Source of the DNA: Azolla caroliniana
Lineage: Eukaryota > Plantae > Polypodiophyta
DNA: 64,000 nt
Direction of reading: 5' to 3'
Assembly (NCBI GenBank): GCA_043228905.1
Contig: JBHGNT010000006.1
Coordinates: forward strand, 5,518,001-5,582,000
The notes under the pieces were generated by a model. That model did no database searches. It was not told the DNA's origin and saw only the letters and a list, made by a program, of their open reading frames with translations. The first letter of the stretch is position 1. Each line of letters begins with the position of its first letter. This document shows positions 28,550-40,507 of the stretch, in pieces. A program made the translations under genes and the position numbers.

Positions 28550-29002
28550 ATGGCTACCTGTACATCCACATCCATGGTCATGGGCAGCATGGTGAAGCCT
28601 ACCTCTGCCCCACTACTCTTGGGTGGGCTCTCCCAGAGGGTGTCCCTCCAGAAGTCCAGCAATTCGGTGTCGTTGAGGTTCGGCTTGGGCGGCTCCACGA
28701 TGGGCCGGATCCAGGCTTTCAATGTCACTTTGAAGCTGGAGGATGGATCCGAGGTGGTCCTGGATGTGCCGCCCAACCAATACATCCTGGATGCGGCCGA
28801 GGAGGCCGGGCTCGACCTCCCTTACTCTTGCCGCGCGGGCGCGTGCTCCGTGTGCACCGGCAAGGTGGTCTCGGGCACGGTCGACCAATCCGAGCAGTCC
28901 TTCCTGGACGATGACCAGATAGATCGCGGCTTCGTCCTCACGTGCTGCGCCTACGCCACCTCCGATGCTGTCATCCTGACCAAGCAAGAAGACAATCTCT
29001 AG
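28550..29002 (+). CDS. Plastid-targeted plant-type [2Fe-2S] ferredoxin, intronless
   Basis: Ser/Thr-rich N-terminal transit peptide. [28 protein letters not shown]...[18 protein letters not shown] provides the Cx4Cx2C..C cluster ligands. Confidence 0.96.
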   Translation: MATCTSTSMVMGSMVKPTSAPLLLGGLSQRVSLQKSSNSVSLRFGLGGSTMGRIQAFNVTLKLEDGSEVVLDVPPNQYILDAAEEAGLDLPYSCRAGACSVCTGKVVSGTVDQSEQSFLDDDQIDRGFVLTCCAYATSDAVILTKQEDNL

Positions 29003-30929
29003 GTGGTGCCCCGCGCTCGTGTGGTCCACTCTCGTGCCGCCACATGTCGTCATCGTCTGTCCGTCCGTCCGTCCCGACCCGTCCATCCACCTAGGTGTCC
29101 TACTTCCCTTCCTCCCCTCCTCTTTTAGAGCTATATGCAAATTTGTATCTTTGTTCCCCCCCACCCATCCATCTAACTCTATTTTGTAATGGGCCTTTCT
29201 CTTCATTTCATCTTGTTTTGGAAGGATTTCAAGGTTTCTTGGGACTATTGCATGTTTTAATTTTATTTTTTTTAAAAAGAAAAAAATGTTTCTCTTCATA
29301 TTATCAAAAGGTCTTCTTATATTGTCTTTGGCATAAAAAAAAATAAAAATACCACATCTTAAATCCTTTCTACCATATCTTAATCTTTGATCTAATTGGC
29401 TTCCATGTCTCCGGTGCCCTAATTTTTATTTCCTAACTAGGACATTGATGAATGCACTGAATTCTCAATTCTTATTAGAACTAATATACTTTATTACAAT
29501 CTGATGGTGTTGGAATCTATACAAAATAGAAATTCTCGGTAATCGTTGGGACCGTATTATTTACTTAGTGGCTTTTGTTTAAAATTATAGAAGCAAGTTG
29601 TAAAGGTAAAGTATATTGTTTGCTTAAAATTATGGAAGAAGATTGTGATTTGGTCTTTCCGAGGGAAAACATCACATCATCATCGAAGAATGGTTGTCCG
29701 AGTTTTCCCAAACAATGAAAAAACTATTATCTTTTAGGTAGATAGATCATGGTGCTTGGGAATCATTTGTTGGGTGTTGGTGGGATTGAGACTAGATTAA
29801 ACTAGTGTATTTTCAAGTTTGTGAAATCGAGACTAAATTAGATTATTGTAGTTTCAAATTCTCGAGATTTAAGATTACTCGCATGTTGGTGCAACTGTCA
29901 ATGCATGAACTATTATTGCTATGGCAGATGTGTGATATAAATCTACATTATTGTTCTTTTTGACAGTAAATTGGCCTAGTTTGGCTTTGGGATTGTAAGC
30001 TAAATGCTAATGTCATAAGGATATGTTGGGAGTATTTGCATGAAAACTCACATGATGTTTGTAATTAGCTTACCAAGAAATGCTAATATGGTGAATTGAT
30101 TGGTGATTAGATAATGATGCATGGTTAGAGACTAAAAGTATTGTTGTTTGAAGTGTTTCATGAACCTCTTTGGACATCTAATTGAGGTGAAGACCTTGAA
30201 TACATGTCTCAAAACATGTGTCTCGTTGTTTGGGAGTGTGTGTTTATTATTATTTTTGTGGTGCGATTCACTGATGTAAACGAGATGTCGACCTATATAC
30301 ATGAATTTCAGACTTTGCATGTGAAGTAGTGTCACTCTAGCATTTGTCTCTTTTCTAACCTTATAGTTCTATTACATCATTAATATATCGAGCGTGAATG
30401 AGTCTTGCCCTAATCCAAAGAGACTTGCCAACACAATTACTTTATGTCTTCTTGACCTGAGAAACTTCTAAGTTTGCATAAACTACTATATCTTAAGTCT
30501 TTCGTTATGTCCATCCATTTGTAGGCAATAACATGTACTAAGGCTCAACATTGTTCAAAGTTTCTTAAAACCCTTCATTTCTTTCATCAATCATATGATG
30601 TTGAGGGTATGCCACATTTACTTAAAGAGTGTTGAAGCATTTTTACAAAGTAGTGGATTGACAAGGAGTGTGGATAAAACAAAAAAGGATGGTAGTGGAG
30701 ACCATCCAACCAACCTTAGTGATACCTTATGCTTACATATAAGTGAGAACATGTGCATTTGTGCAAAGATGTAAGTATCATCACATTGATGTACCACTAC
30801 AAAATAAATGGAGTGAATGCTTTGAGGTTCGGCTTTTAGTTGGTTGGAAAAGTTATAACTTGTTATATGTTGGAGAATCAATGCCACCAAGTTATACTCA
30901 TGTATGGAACATGAAACTATTGTTATTTA

Positions 30930-31071
30930 ATGTCACGGTAACTTAAGTTTTGCTTTATGGAGTAGTAGTGTGGGGTGGCACTATCCCTCTTAATGTATGG
31001 AATGAGATTGAGAAGATGTTTTTAAGGAGACAATTGGGAGTTAAATCCCTCACCTCGTACCGAGTCATACT

Positions 31072-31075
<4 letters not shown>
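30930..31075 (+). mobile_element. Possible LINE reverse-transcriptase C-terminal remnant, interrupted by (AT)n
   Basis: LLYGVVVWGG..WNEIEKMFLRRQLGVKSLTSY resembles the LxYG-x-x-x-W..FL...LGV segment that follows LINE RT domains. Confidence 0.4.
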
Positions 31076-31121
<46 letters not shown>

Positions 31122-31486
31122 CAAAAATCTATAAGGCATGTAGCTATGTGTTAAAGGTGTAGTAGAGGATGAATATCACTTGCTTTTTACATGCTCAATA
31201 TATAGTGCGATTTGAAGAAAACTATGATGACACATTAGGAGGGGGGATTGTAACTTATAGTTTCATACTTCAAACACCACCTAGAAGATTGAGTTCATAT
31301 ATGTATGCCTTATTCATTCACACAAAGACTTTGTGCTTCAAGTATGAATATCCCTTCTTCAAAAGGAGACATATCACGAAAATTTGTGTACTCAAGTCCT
31401 AGAGGTAAATATTGGCCTTTTTATGGTCACGAAAGAATATCTTCATTTCATACATAAGCTAATTAAAATTTAGGTTTGATATCTTT

Positions 31487-34077
31487 TGTAAAGAATCAAT
31501 GGTGATTCTATGCATCGGAATATGTTAGAGATGTATGTTGTGTGTGTGTGAGTTAGAGAATAGGAGAGGAGAGAGACACAAGATAGATAGAATAGAAAAT
31601 AGAATACTCAAGAAGATGTATATTACAAAAGAGATAAACTTACACATTATAAAGTAGGAGGAGGGTGTTTTATATAGTCACCCTCTCTCTTCATTAACTA
31701 CCGAAGCTCATCGATAATGGGGAATGCGGAAATTCATTAATTATGTGTCATAGAATATGATTCTATGACACATAGTTAATGTATAGAGAGTAGTGGTGTG
31801 ACTTTTGACCTTTGAGTGTTCATACATTCTCAAGGGTGTGTTCACATAGTAGACTAGGTTGAGCTTGATTCTCAACACGCCACCTCAAGCTAAACTTGGG
31901 TCGGCTGCTTTCAGTTGATGCCTGCTTCAGCTGGTATCCGGTTTGGACGGTATTCAGTTCTCTCTTGTTTGATGTCCTCTTCGGCTAGTACCCGGTTCAG
32001 ACAATGTCTGGTTTGTACTCCGCCTCAAGGGAGGCAAGTAAGGGATTGTTAGTCCAAGGTTTGACATGAATTGTTGAAGCTTGTCAGCTCTTAGGGCTTT
32101 GGTGAAGATGTCGATTGTCTGAAGATTTGTGTTGATATGTTGAAGGTCGACATCTCCAGCCTCAACGCGCTCTCGGATGAAGTGATAGTGCTGTTGTCCA
32201 GAGGACAGAAATGTAAAATTAGGAAATTAGCAAACGCCGAGTCCGAGTATCATGGGCCACTGACGGCTCGGCTGTGTATTAGGGGAAAAGTTATTTAACC
32301 GAGGACCAGTACCTCAGAGAAGGAGGGAAGAAAACTATAGGCGGAAGCACTAGCTTAGTCCTTCGTAATTAGATAAACTCGTAAGGTCACCGGCCATAGG
32401 CCGTGTTCTGTAATCTTTTCTGTCATAGTAATATATCTGATTTGTGCCTATTTTTGCTGCATGAGTCTATGCTTTGATCCATACCTATGAGTTTCACGCC
32501 GCCACGTCTATCAAGACCTCGCTAGTGTTTTCTCTCTGAGCCCTGTATCTCTCTCGACGCCTCTGTTACGAGCCTTCACGTACCACGCCCTTGAAGACCG
32601 ATAGACGTAGATCTATCGAAGGTGTTCACCGAAAGGAACGGATAACAATCTTCATAGTTGGTGTTGGTGGCGTAGTTGGTGAGTTGTCGGCTTGTGGAAG
32701 CCTACTCATGCTTCTTCTTTCAACACTCTTGTTCATGGTGGCCGATTTTGTCGCAATATCGGCATTCGATCGAGGTTTGTCGACTCAGACCGGAATGGAA
32801 GCTCCTCCTTCTTGTTGCCAGAATTGCGAGTTGTTTTCGTAAGTCAGACCTCGCCTGCCTCGTCCTTGACCGAATCGGCCTCTTGCTCAGTCGTGTCCTC
32901 TTCTTCCATTCAAGGCGTTGTGTGTAGAGCATGTGTCCTTCCAAGGCGTTGCTCCTTGTTCGAACATGGTTTTCTTCAACCAATATGGTTTGAAGATCGA
33001 AGAAAGAGGGAGGATTCTCCATTGCTTGAACGACGGTTCTCATCGTGTTGAACCGTGGTTTGAGGCCGCCGAGGCATATTTGCACCATCTCGTCATCATC
33101 CACATTGACGCTTATTGAGCCGAGCAAATCACAATGCTCATTGATCTTCAAGGTGTAGCTTTGTGATGGACATGTCTTGTTGTTGGATATTGTTCAACTC
33201 TTGGCGTAGTTGAAGCTTTCGTGCCATCGTATTGGCGGCGAATATCTTGTTGAGATTCTCCCAAGCTTCCTTTGGCGTCTTGGCTTCTCGAATATAGACA
33301 AGCATATGGTCATGAACACATGTCGCCAAGCAATACATCCTGCAGCTTGCGGGCTTGCTCCCATGTTGAGTATATGGAAGTTGTTGGGTCGGGTTGATTT
33401 TCTTGTGCTCCTTTGATGTAGCACCAATAACCTTGGCTGACAAGGTATTGGTGCATATTTTACTCCCAAGATGCAAAGTTGTTTCTATCCAACTTCTCGC
33501 TAGGGAGAGCGCTCCCCATTTGAGTATTCATTCTGTCGATGTAGATTTCTTTCTTCTTTTCCTTCTCTTTCGAACACGAGCTATGTAGCGGCACTACGAT
33601 AGCGATGAGTCGGATTTCTTTAAATCGTCGACGTAGACACAACACAGGAGGATGGGCTAGATTGAGCTACCAAAGCGCTTTGATACCATGTAAAGAGTTG
33701 ATGGTGATTCTGTGCAGTGGAATAGGTTAGAGATGTATGTTGTGTGTTTGTGTTAGAGAATAGGAGAGGAGAGAGACACAAGATAGATAGAATAGAAAAT
33801 AGAATACTCAAGAAGATGTATATATTACAAAGGAGATTAACCGACACATTACAAAGTAGGAGGAGGGTGCTTTATATAGTCACCCTCTCTCTTCATTAAC
33901 TACCGAAGCTCACCGGTCATAGGGAATGTGGAAACTCTTTAGTTATGTGTCATAGAATATGATTCTATGACACAACTAATGTATAGAGAGTAGTGGTGTG
34001 AATTTTGACCTTTGAGTGTTCATACATTCTCAAGGGTGTGTTCACACACTAGACTAGGTTGAGCTTGATTCTTAACA
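31487..34077 (-). mobile_element. Internally deleted Ty1/Copia LTR retrotransposon (2.6 kb)
   Basis: LTRs 34077-33689 and 31877-31487 (TG..CA, ~390 bp, visibly diverged). TSD tcttt/tcttc. PBS tggtatcaaagc (tRNA-iMet type) at 33688-33677, purine tract gaggtggcg before the 3' LTR. Frameshifted gag (KLDRNNFASWE; KTPKEAWENL..RKLQLRQEL; CRYCDKIGHHEQEC) and RNase H tail (HYHFIRERVEAGDVDLQHINTNLQTIDIFTKAL). Confidence 0.9.
32192..32647. mobile_element. Solo LTR of a different family nested in the Copia element
   Basis: 456 bp, TGTTGTCC...GGATAACA inverted termini. Abuts Copia RNase H coding sequence on the left and post-gag sequence on the right. Flanks agtgc and atctt do not match. Confidence 0.7.
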
Positions 34078-35160
34078 TCTTCAATGATCTCCGTTTAATA
34101 ATGTGCCTCGTATTGACCATGAGTTGGCTCTCCATTTCCTTCATTTCGAGCATAAGTTTGGTCATATGCTTATGGAAGAACTAGCACAAATGAACTCACA
34201 CTTAGCTCATTGATATATATAGTGCTCATTTGGTGGTTTGTATAGACTTGGTTTTTAAGTTCTATTGGTCTTTTGAACCCCGTAATGGGAAGTCCATCAC
34301 ATCCTTTATCATGCATGTACTCTTGCAACATCCACATTTAATTCATGTAAATCTATGACAAGAGACCATAATATACATATGTGGGATTTGCACATTCATC
34401 GTAATATGTAGATGTTATGTGATATAAGGGAAAGAACATTAGGGGGTACATTGTAGGCTACTTCAAGCACTATGTAATCCATGGGTTCAAAACATTTGTA
34501 ATATTCTTGGTAAGGTTGCTTTCTTCTCATCCCCACCCTTAAGATATAATGTCTTCTTCTTTGGTCTTATACCCCATTTTGGCCTCATAAAAAGTCATCA
34601 ATATACCTTTGTTTCTTTCTACATAAAACCTAAAAATGCTCAGTGGTTTGGCCATAAACTTAGAGAGAACAAATCATAATGATGGGCCGATGAAGTGGGA
34701 AAAGGCCCCTCCATCTGTCGATTTGATTTCCTACATATTGCATTGGCAGATAGTAAATTAGTGTAGTTAGTGAGATTTGAATGTAACTAATCGAGTAGGG
34801 CAAAAGATAATGTGTTCATGAGCCTCACACAATCCCTACACTTTGTAGGGTCATCTAATAAATAGTGTTGTTGGTAAGATTTGAACACTAGCACATGGAA
34901 GGTTAAAATGTGGCATACAACCCCAATATGAAACCAAAAATGAGAAGGCACAACACAGAAAGAGAGAGTGTATTTATGGGTTAAACATCGAGGAAACATG
35001 GCTTCCTTAACAATACTATATCACACCACATTCAAAGTGATGGGAGCAAACCATAAGGGGATTTCGGGAACAAACATAGTCGATGACCGAAGGGAAAACT
35101 TGCACCTGGGACTGACGACCTTCTGTGGATTCGCGTACTTGAATTTGGTAATGGCTTAGA

Positions 35161-35362
35161 TGGACCCAAATGGGCCTAGGCATGCATGGATGGGAAACAA
35201 TAGAAACATCTCATTTCTTCTTGTTGGGGTCTATAGACGAACTTAAGAAGCAATGAACTATAAGATTCCATGGAATATTCACTAAAACCCTCTAAAACCC
35301 AACAGGAAAATAAACATATTCTGGCGTGAACATGATGACACTGTGAAAGCAGAAGAAGGTAT

Positions 35363-35447
<85 letters not shown>

Positions 35448-35980
35448 TGACACTGTCAAAGGCATTCTTCTTTGGTGACCCTGTTTCTTCAATACCAGAC
35501 ATGGCTAGGGTTCAGAGTTTAGAGCGATTCACTCTTCGAACGTTTTTTAGACTGTTTTCTTGATCTAATCCTAGCTATTAATGAGTTTTGTTTCTTTAAA
35601 TTTTCTTTTACCTTTTTTAATGTAATTCACATTCACTAACAATGCTCATTTCATTTCTTGTTTGATTTTTGCTGAAAAGTATTACTTTGCATTATAATGG
35701 TTTTTCTTCTGTTTCTAAGTAGTTGAAAGCATCCTTTGTTGATTATTTGGTATTCAATGTAGTAATCGTTTTCAACAAGTTTTTCAAAATCATAAAACAG
35801 AGTTATTTTTTTCCTTGTCATTTACGTCGGAGACACTTAATTGCATAGCAGTTTAGACTGGCATTTAGTTTACTATGTTTTACTCTGGTGTAGAATTCTT
35901 CCTGAAGTACGAAGTTTGGTGTATGTAAGCGAGGCGATACACCACATTGTGCTTTTGCCAATATTGCCATGTTTAAACAG
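35161..35980 (+). promoter_or_regulatory. Probable OTU promoter and 5'-UTR intron containing (CT)n(CA)n
   Basis: tgggcc site-II-like motif at ~35171 and aaaccct telobox-like motif at ~35286. Donor ag|gtatg at ~35359 and acceptor aacag| at 35980, upstream of ATG 36045. Confidence 0.45.
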
Positions 35981-36044
35981 GTTGCATTATCATCGGTTTG
36001 AAAGGATCTCTGCGAGAGGATGAGTGTTTGGAATCCTGAAGATC

Positions 36045-37980
36045 ATGGTTGGAACCATATGTTTCCGATTATGCAACTGTATTAGCCCTCTTCAGGCATA
36101 CCCATCTCATACAATCACTCATAAGCATGTGGCATCAACCAGAGTATACCGACTTAGCTCCAGTCGAGGTTCGAGTTTCCACATTGGTCTGTCTTTTAAA
36201 AGGTCATGTAATTACCACACTACGACATGCACACAAGGCAATGAAGTAAGCTATGCTACTATCTGGCATGGATTGTTACCATCACAACATCAACCATTGA
36301 TATCAGTTGAGAAGAATAATATCATTCCTCCGTTCGATAAGGACCCTCTATTTTCTAATGCAAGAGATGTTGGATCACATACCTCTTTTACCCATTTTCT
36401 AGGGCTGGGCTTTCCGAATACTTTCTACTACAAAAGCATCGGAAGGTCGAACATAACATCATGTCTAATAGATGGATCTTGGAATGTGGCATGGGATGCA
36501 AGGCCAGCTAGGTGGCTTCATGGAAGACATTCTGCTTGGCTTTCCTTTGGTGTTTGTACTTGTTATTCAAGCTTCCATATCAAATCAACACCCGAAAGCA
36601 ATGTTAAGGAAGAGACAACTCCCTTGTCAATTGAAACAGTTCGAGTTTCCGAGACTCCTCAAAAGGCCTCTCAAGGAAAGCAAGCCCTCAAAGACTATGA
36701 AGTCATTAGTGCGTAATTTTGTTTTTCAGGAAAAACCAAACTGCCCCCTAACTTGGATATTTACCAAAACACCGTTTAAGTTGTCAAAATATAACAATGA
36801 ATATCCCTAAGTAATTCTCAATTTTTGTACTCAGGGGTATTTTGGTAAACATCCTACAAGTTGGAGGATATTCTGATGTTTTTCCCTTTAATTTTAATTC
36901 AATATTCTATACTTGGATTGCGAAGAATTTCAAATGCAAAATTGTAATTAAAACAAGTTTTTGCAGGCATACCTGGAGATGGCCGATGTTTATTTAGGGC
37001 TGTTTCGTATGGGGCTTGTCTGAGGATGGGACAATGTGCTCCCGATAAAGTCTCCCAACGAGAACTTGCGGATCAGCTCCGAGACAAGGTCATGTACCCC
37101 AATTTCATCCCTCATGAACTCTATATTTGGCCATCATGTAATGATTAGCTGTCTAGGGATGATAAACATACATAATCCATATCAGAGCATCACATAGTAA
37201 CATTCACTGGGTCTTAGTTTAATTAAGGGTAGACTAGGCCTATTAACTATTAGGGTGAAGGAGGTCAACTGAAGTCTTGTTGGGTATTCTATGGACCTAA
37301 TACCTTAGGTTTTATCAATATATAAATGCCTAGCCTTTATGTAAACTGCTGGACAGCGTATTTATACAAGCATGTTTGTTGGTAAGGTAACACGTGAATT
37401 CAGTTTTAAACATTGCTCAATCTTCTAACAAATTTGACTCTCATGATTACAAAATTTGTTGATGGTACAGGTAGTTGATGAGCTCATAAGTCGGCGGGCA
37501 GATTCTGAGTGGTAAAGATATATACCCTATCTTTGTGATGTATATACAATATATGGTGAAGCTTGATTTGAGAACTCCTTTTTTCAGGTTCATTGAAGAA
37601 GATTTTGACAATTATGTGAAAAGAATGCGAGAACACGGCACATGGGGTGGAGAACCTGAACTATTGATGGCCTCACATGTGCTCAAGTAAGTGGATTAAT
37701 GAACCAACATTTCTAATATTTGTCTACTTGTATCCATTTGTTGCTATTGTCATTGGCACCTTTTGTTAAAAGCAATTTTCCGGTTTCTTTTTATATCATC
37801 GGCAGGATGCCTATCACAGTTTATTTATATGATGAGAGCTCTAAGGGACTCATATCCATAGCTGAATATGGGTTGGAATATGGGAATGAGAACCCTATAA
37901 AGGTTTTCTACCATGGATCGGGCCATTATGATCTCATAAAACATTCAAAAACAACTAAAATCAAAGGTAATTGGGTTTAG
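36045..37980 (+). CDS. OTU-domain deubiquitinase (plant OTU4-like, long N-terminal extension; 5 exons)
   Basis: Exons 36045-36708, 36967-37088, 37471-37511, 37588-37686, 37806-37980. GSWNVAWDARPARWLH motif, catalytic IPGDGRCLFRA, WGGEPELLMASHVL and YHGSGHYD. Confidence 0.92.
36729..36886. mobile_element. Long-TIR MITE (Mutator-like) in an OTU intron
   Basis: Left ggaaaaac..ccccctaacttggatatttaccaaaacacc is the inverse of right ggggtattttggtaaacatcc..aagttggagga..gtttttcc. Confidence 0.65.
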
Positions 37981-40295
37981 GGTTCATTTTTGTAGTAAGA
38001 AAACACGAGACATATTACGATGTCCTTAAAAGGCATTTCCAATCTAGTGAGGTTTTGATTCATAGACAATGAGAATCCTAATATAATAGGGGTAAATATA
38101 TGGGAACCCCCTTCTTTACATTCCGAGATGGTGGCTTTAGACTATAGATAATGTCGGTGAAACTTGAAGGCTATTTCAGAATATGTGAGTTCCTTGTATC
38201 TTTTCAGAGGATTATTATGGCATTAACTTTTGGATCAGGAAAAAGATTTTCTTTAAGTTCTATTTTCACACCAAATACAAAAAGTCCCATGTCTTTGACT
38301 TATCTAAAAATGGGAGCTCTACATTATGTCTGTAACCTCTTATGTTACCAGTATTAGCATATTATGGATTCAATAATTTTGGAAGAAAATGGGGGTCTCT
38401 CTTATCTGGGATGAAATCCAAGATAACTCTTTGAAAAAATCACCAACATCTCCTTTACATTCATTAAATGTATGTCATTTAGTAATGGTGGTTGTGAAAA
38501 CTCATCATCGCATCAAAAACCCAAGTTATTGGGTTTTATTTAAGGTTTTTGTATAAACTTTCAGTAATACATGGTTGGATGTGCATGTGTTGCATGCACA
38601 TAGTTTTTGAATTAATGGCATGATTATAATTATAAGTCAAAATGTGTAAGGACCACGATACATAGTTGTGCGTGATTGACTCATCTATTCTATTACTGTT
38701 TATGTAAGATTATGGATACATATATGAATAAAAGGATAATGATGTAAGACATTTGAGATGATAGTTTCTTAATCAATATGAATGCCCTTGTCTTCTTGAG
38801 TTTCCAAAACTTACAAGAATATTTTCGTTTAGTTCATTCAATTCCAAACACAGATGCACATCTGAAAATAAATTTGGATGGATTATATTTCAATACAAGA
38901 AAGGTATAGGTGGGCTTGCAAATATAGACCCCACGATTACAAATAATCTTTGGTTTTCGATGGGCTAGAGAAGATCGAACATGTTCAATGAGATTGAAGG
39001 TTGATAAAGGGTGCATATGCCTCAATGATCCTTTGCCTCCTTCAATCACTTTGGATTGAGACATAATCTTATCTCACATTGAATGTCAATCTTCCTCTCT
39101 GAGGTAACTTCCCTAGCCCAAACCCCAAAATTTAAAACGAACAAGAAAGGACCAAAACTCCTCACCTCTAAGTAACACAATAGTGTAATTCCTACCCAGA
39201 ATTCGCTCTAGGCACCTTGTTATTGTACTTTGGTAAATATGGAGCTGGCTTTTCTAATAATGTATTGGAGCCTAGTTTGATGTTCCGAGGCTTCTATGTA
39301 TTCTGTCCTCAACGATTGTGCATGTGGCAACAATTGTGGAACAAATTGCCCTTCATGTTTTCCATTGTCCACACCACAACATATTAATGTGACTTGCATA
39401 CTTGACAAAACCCACAAATTCTACATGTCTTGCAAACACAACATATTCAGTAGTGAGATCAACTCCAATATTAGCCGAACTTGCACTCGACCTTTAGACA
39501 CGAGCCATCTCCAACCTGTGCATAACAACAATTGACTTTACCAATTAAGCTAGCTCAAGATGTTATCCAATGTTTCTACCCATTCCTTCTTTAATTGTTC
39601 CTCCAATTGTTCAACTATTTGTTTTGAGCAGGAAACTAAATTCCCTTCATGTTTCCCCTTTTGAACACATCTCAACATGATAGTCTAACAAACATCACAA
39701 CCCACATAGACAACAACCTTGCATGCCCAACCTCTACAATAGTGAGATGAGATTCAAACATAGAATTTGAAGTTGACCATTTTACATGAGGACTTGATTA
39801 CATTGACTTACTAACCCAATATAGCAATTGAGAAATTTAGTGCAAGGAGCTATGAATGTGGTTTATGTCAAGTCTTTGATTTCCCATATGCAAGATTCCT
39901 AACGCACGTATCATTCTATCGTTCAGTGGTATCATGACTCTCCACAACAAAGTTGTTCACCGAAGCCATTTTGACTTCTACAATAATATAGGTAGTACTG
40001 AAGGGCCCGAATTATTCCTCCTTCCTTTCTTGAGTTTTAGGACTTCTTGAGCATGGTGGGAGAGTGAAGTCTTGGGCCACTTCTCGTACCTCGTTTTTTG
40101 TGTTGTTTTCTAAGGGTATAGTTTTAGAACTTGTGGGTTTACATTTCTTCTTCTTTTTCATTCAATCTACCATAGTGAGTTGGGGGTGAGTTTTATAGAG
40201 AGAGGCTGGATATCAATTTGCTTGGTCAAGGAAGGAAGCTTGAAGTGGCACAAGAACCCTAGCATGAGAAGAGGTAATATGTCCATTAGTCGTAC

Positions 40296-40507
40296 GTGGG
40301 CCTTGTTAAAGATTGCAATCCTTACCGTGAACCTAATCTTTGTTAATCATGATTGTAATTCCTTTGTGGGCCTTGTTAAAGATTGTGATCCTTATACTGA
40401 GCCTAATCCTTGTTAATCATGATTGTAATTCCTTTGTGGGCCTTGTTAAAGACCGTGATCCTTATAGTGAGCCTAATCCTTGTTAATCATGATTGTAATT
40501 CCTTTGT
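40296..40507. repeat. 70-bp tandem repeat x3
   Basis: gtgggccttgttaaaga...ttgttaatcatgattgtaattccttt at 40296, 40366 and 40436. Confidence 0.9.

Noticed and set aside
28613-29299. 228-aa antisense ORF and 148-aa alternate-frame ORF over ferredoxin
   Set aside because: Shadow ORFs expected from GC-rich codon usage. No recognisable motifs.
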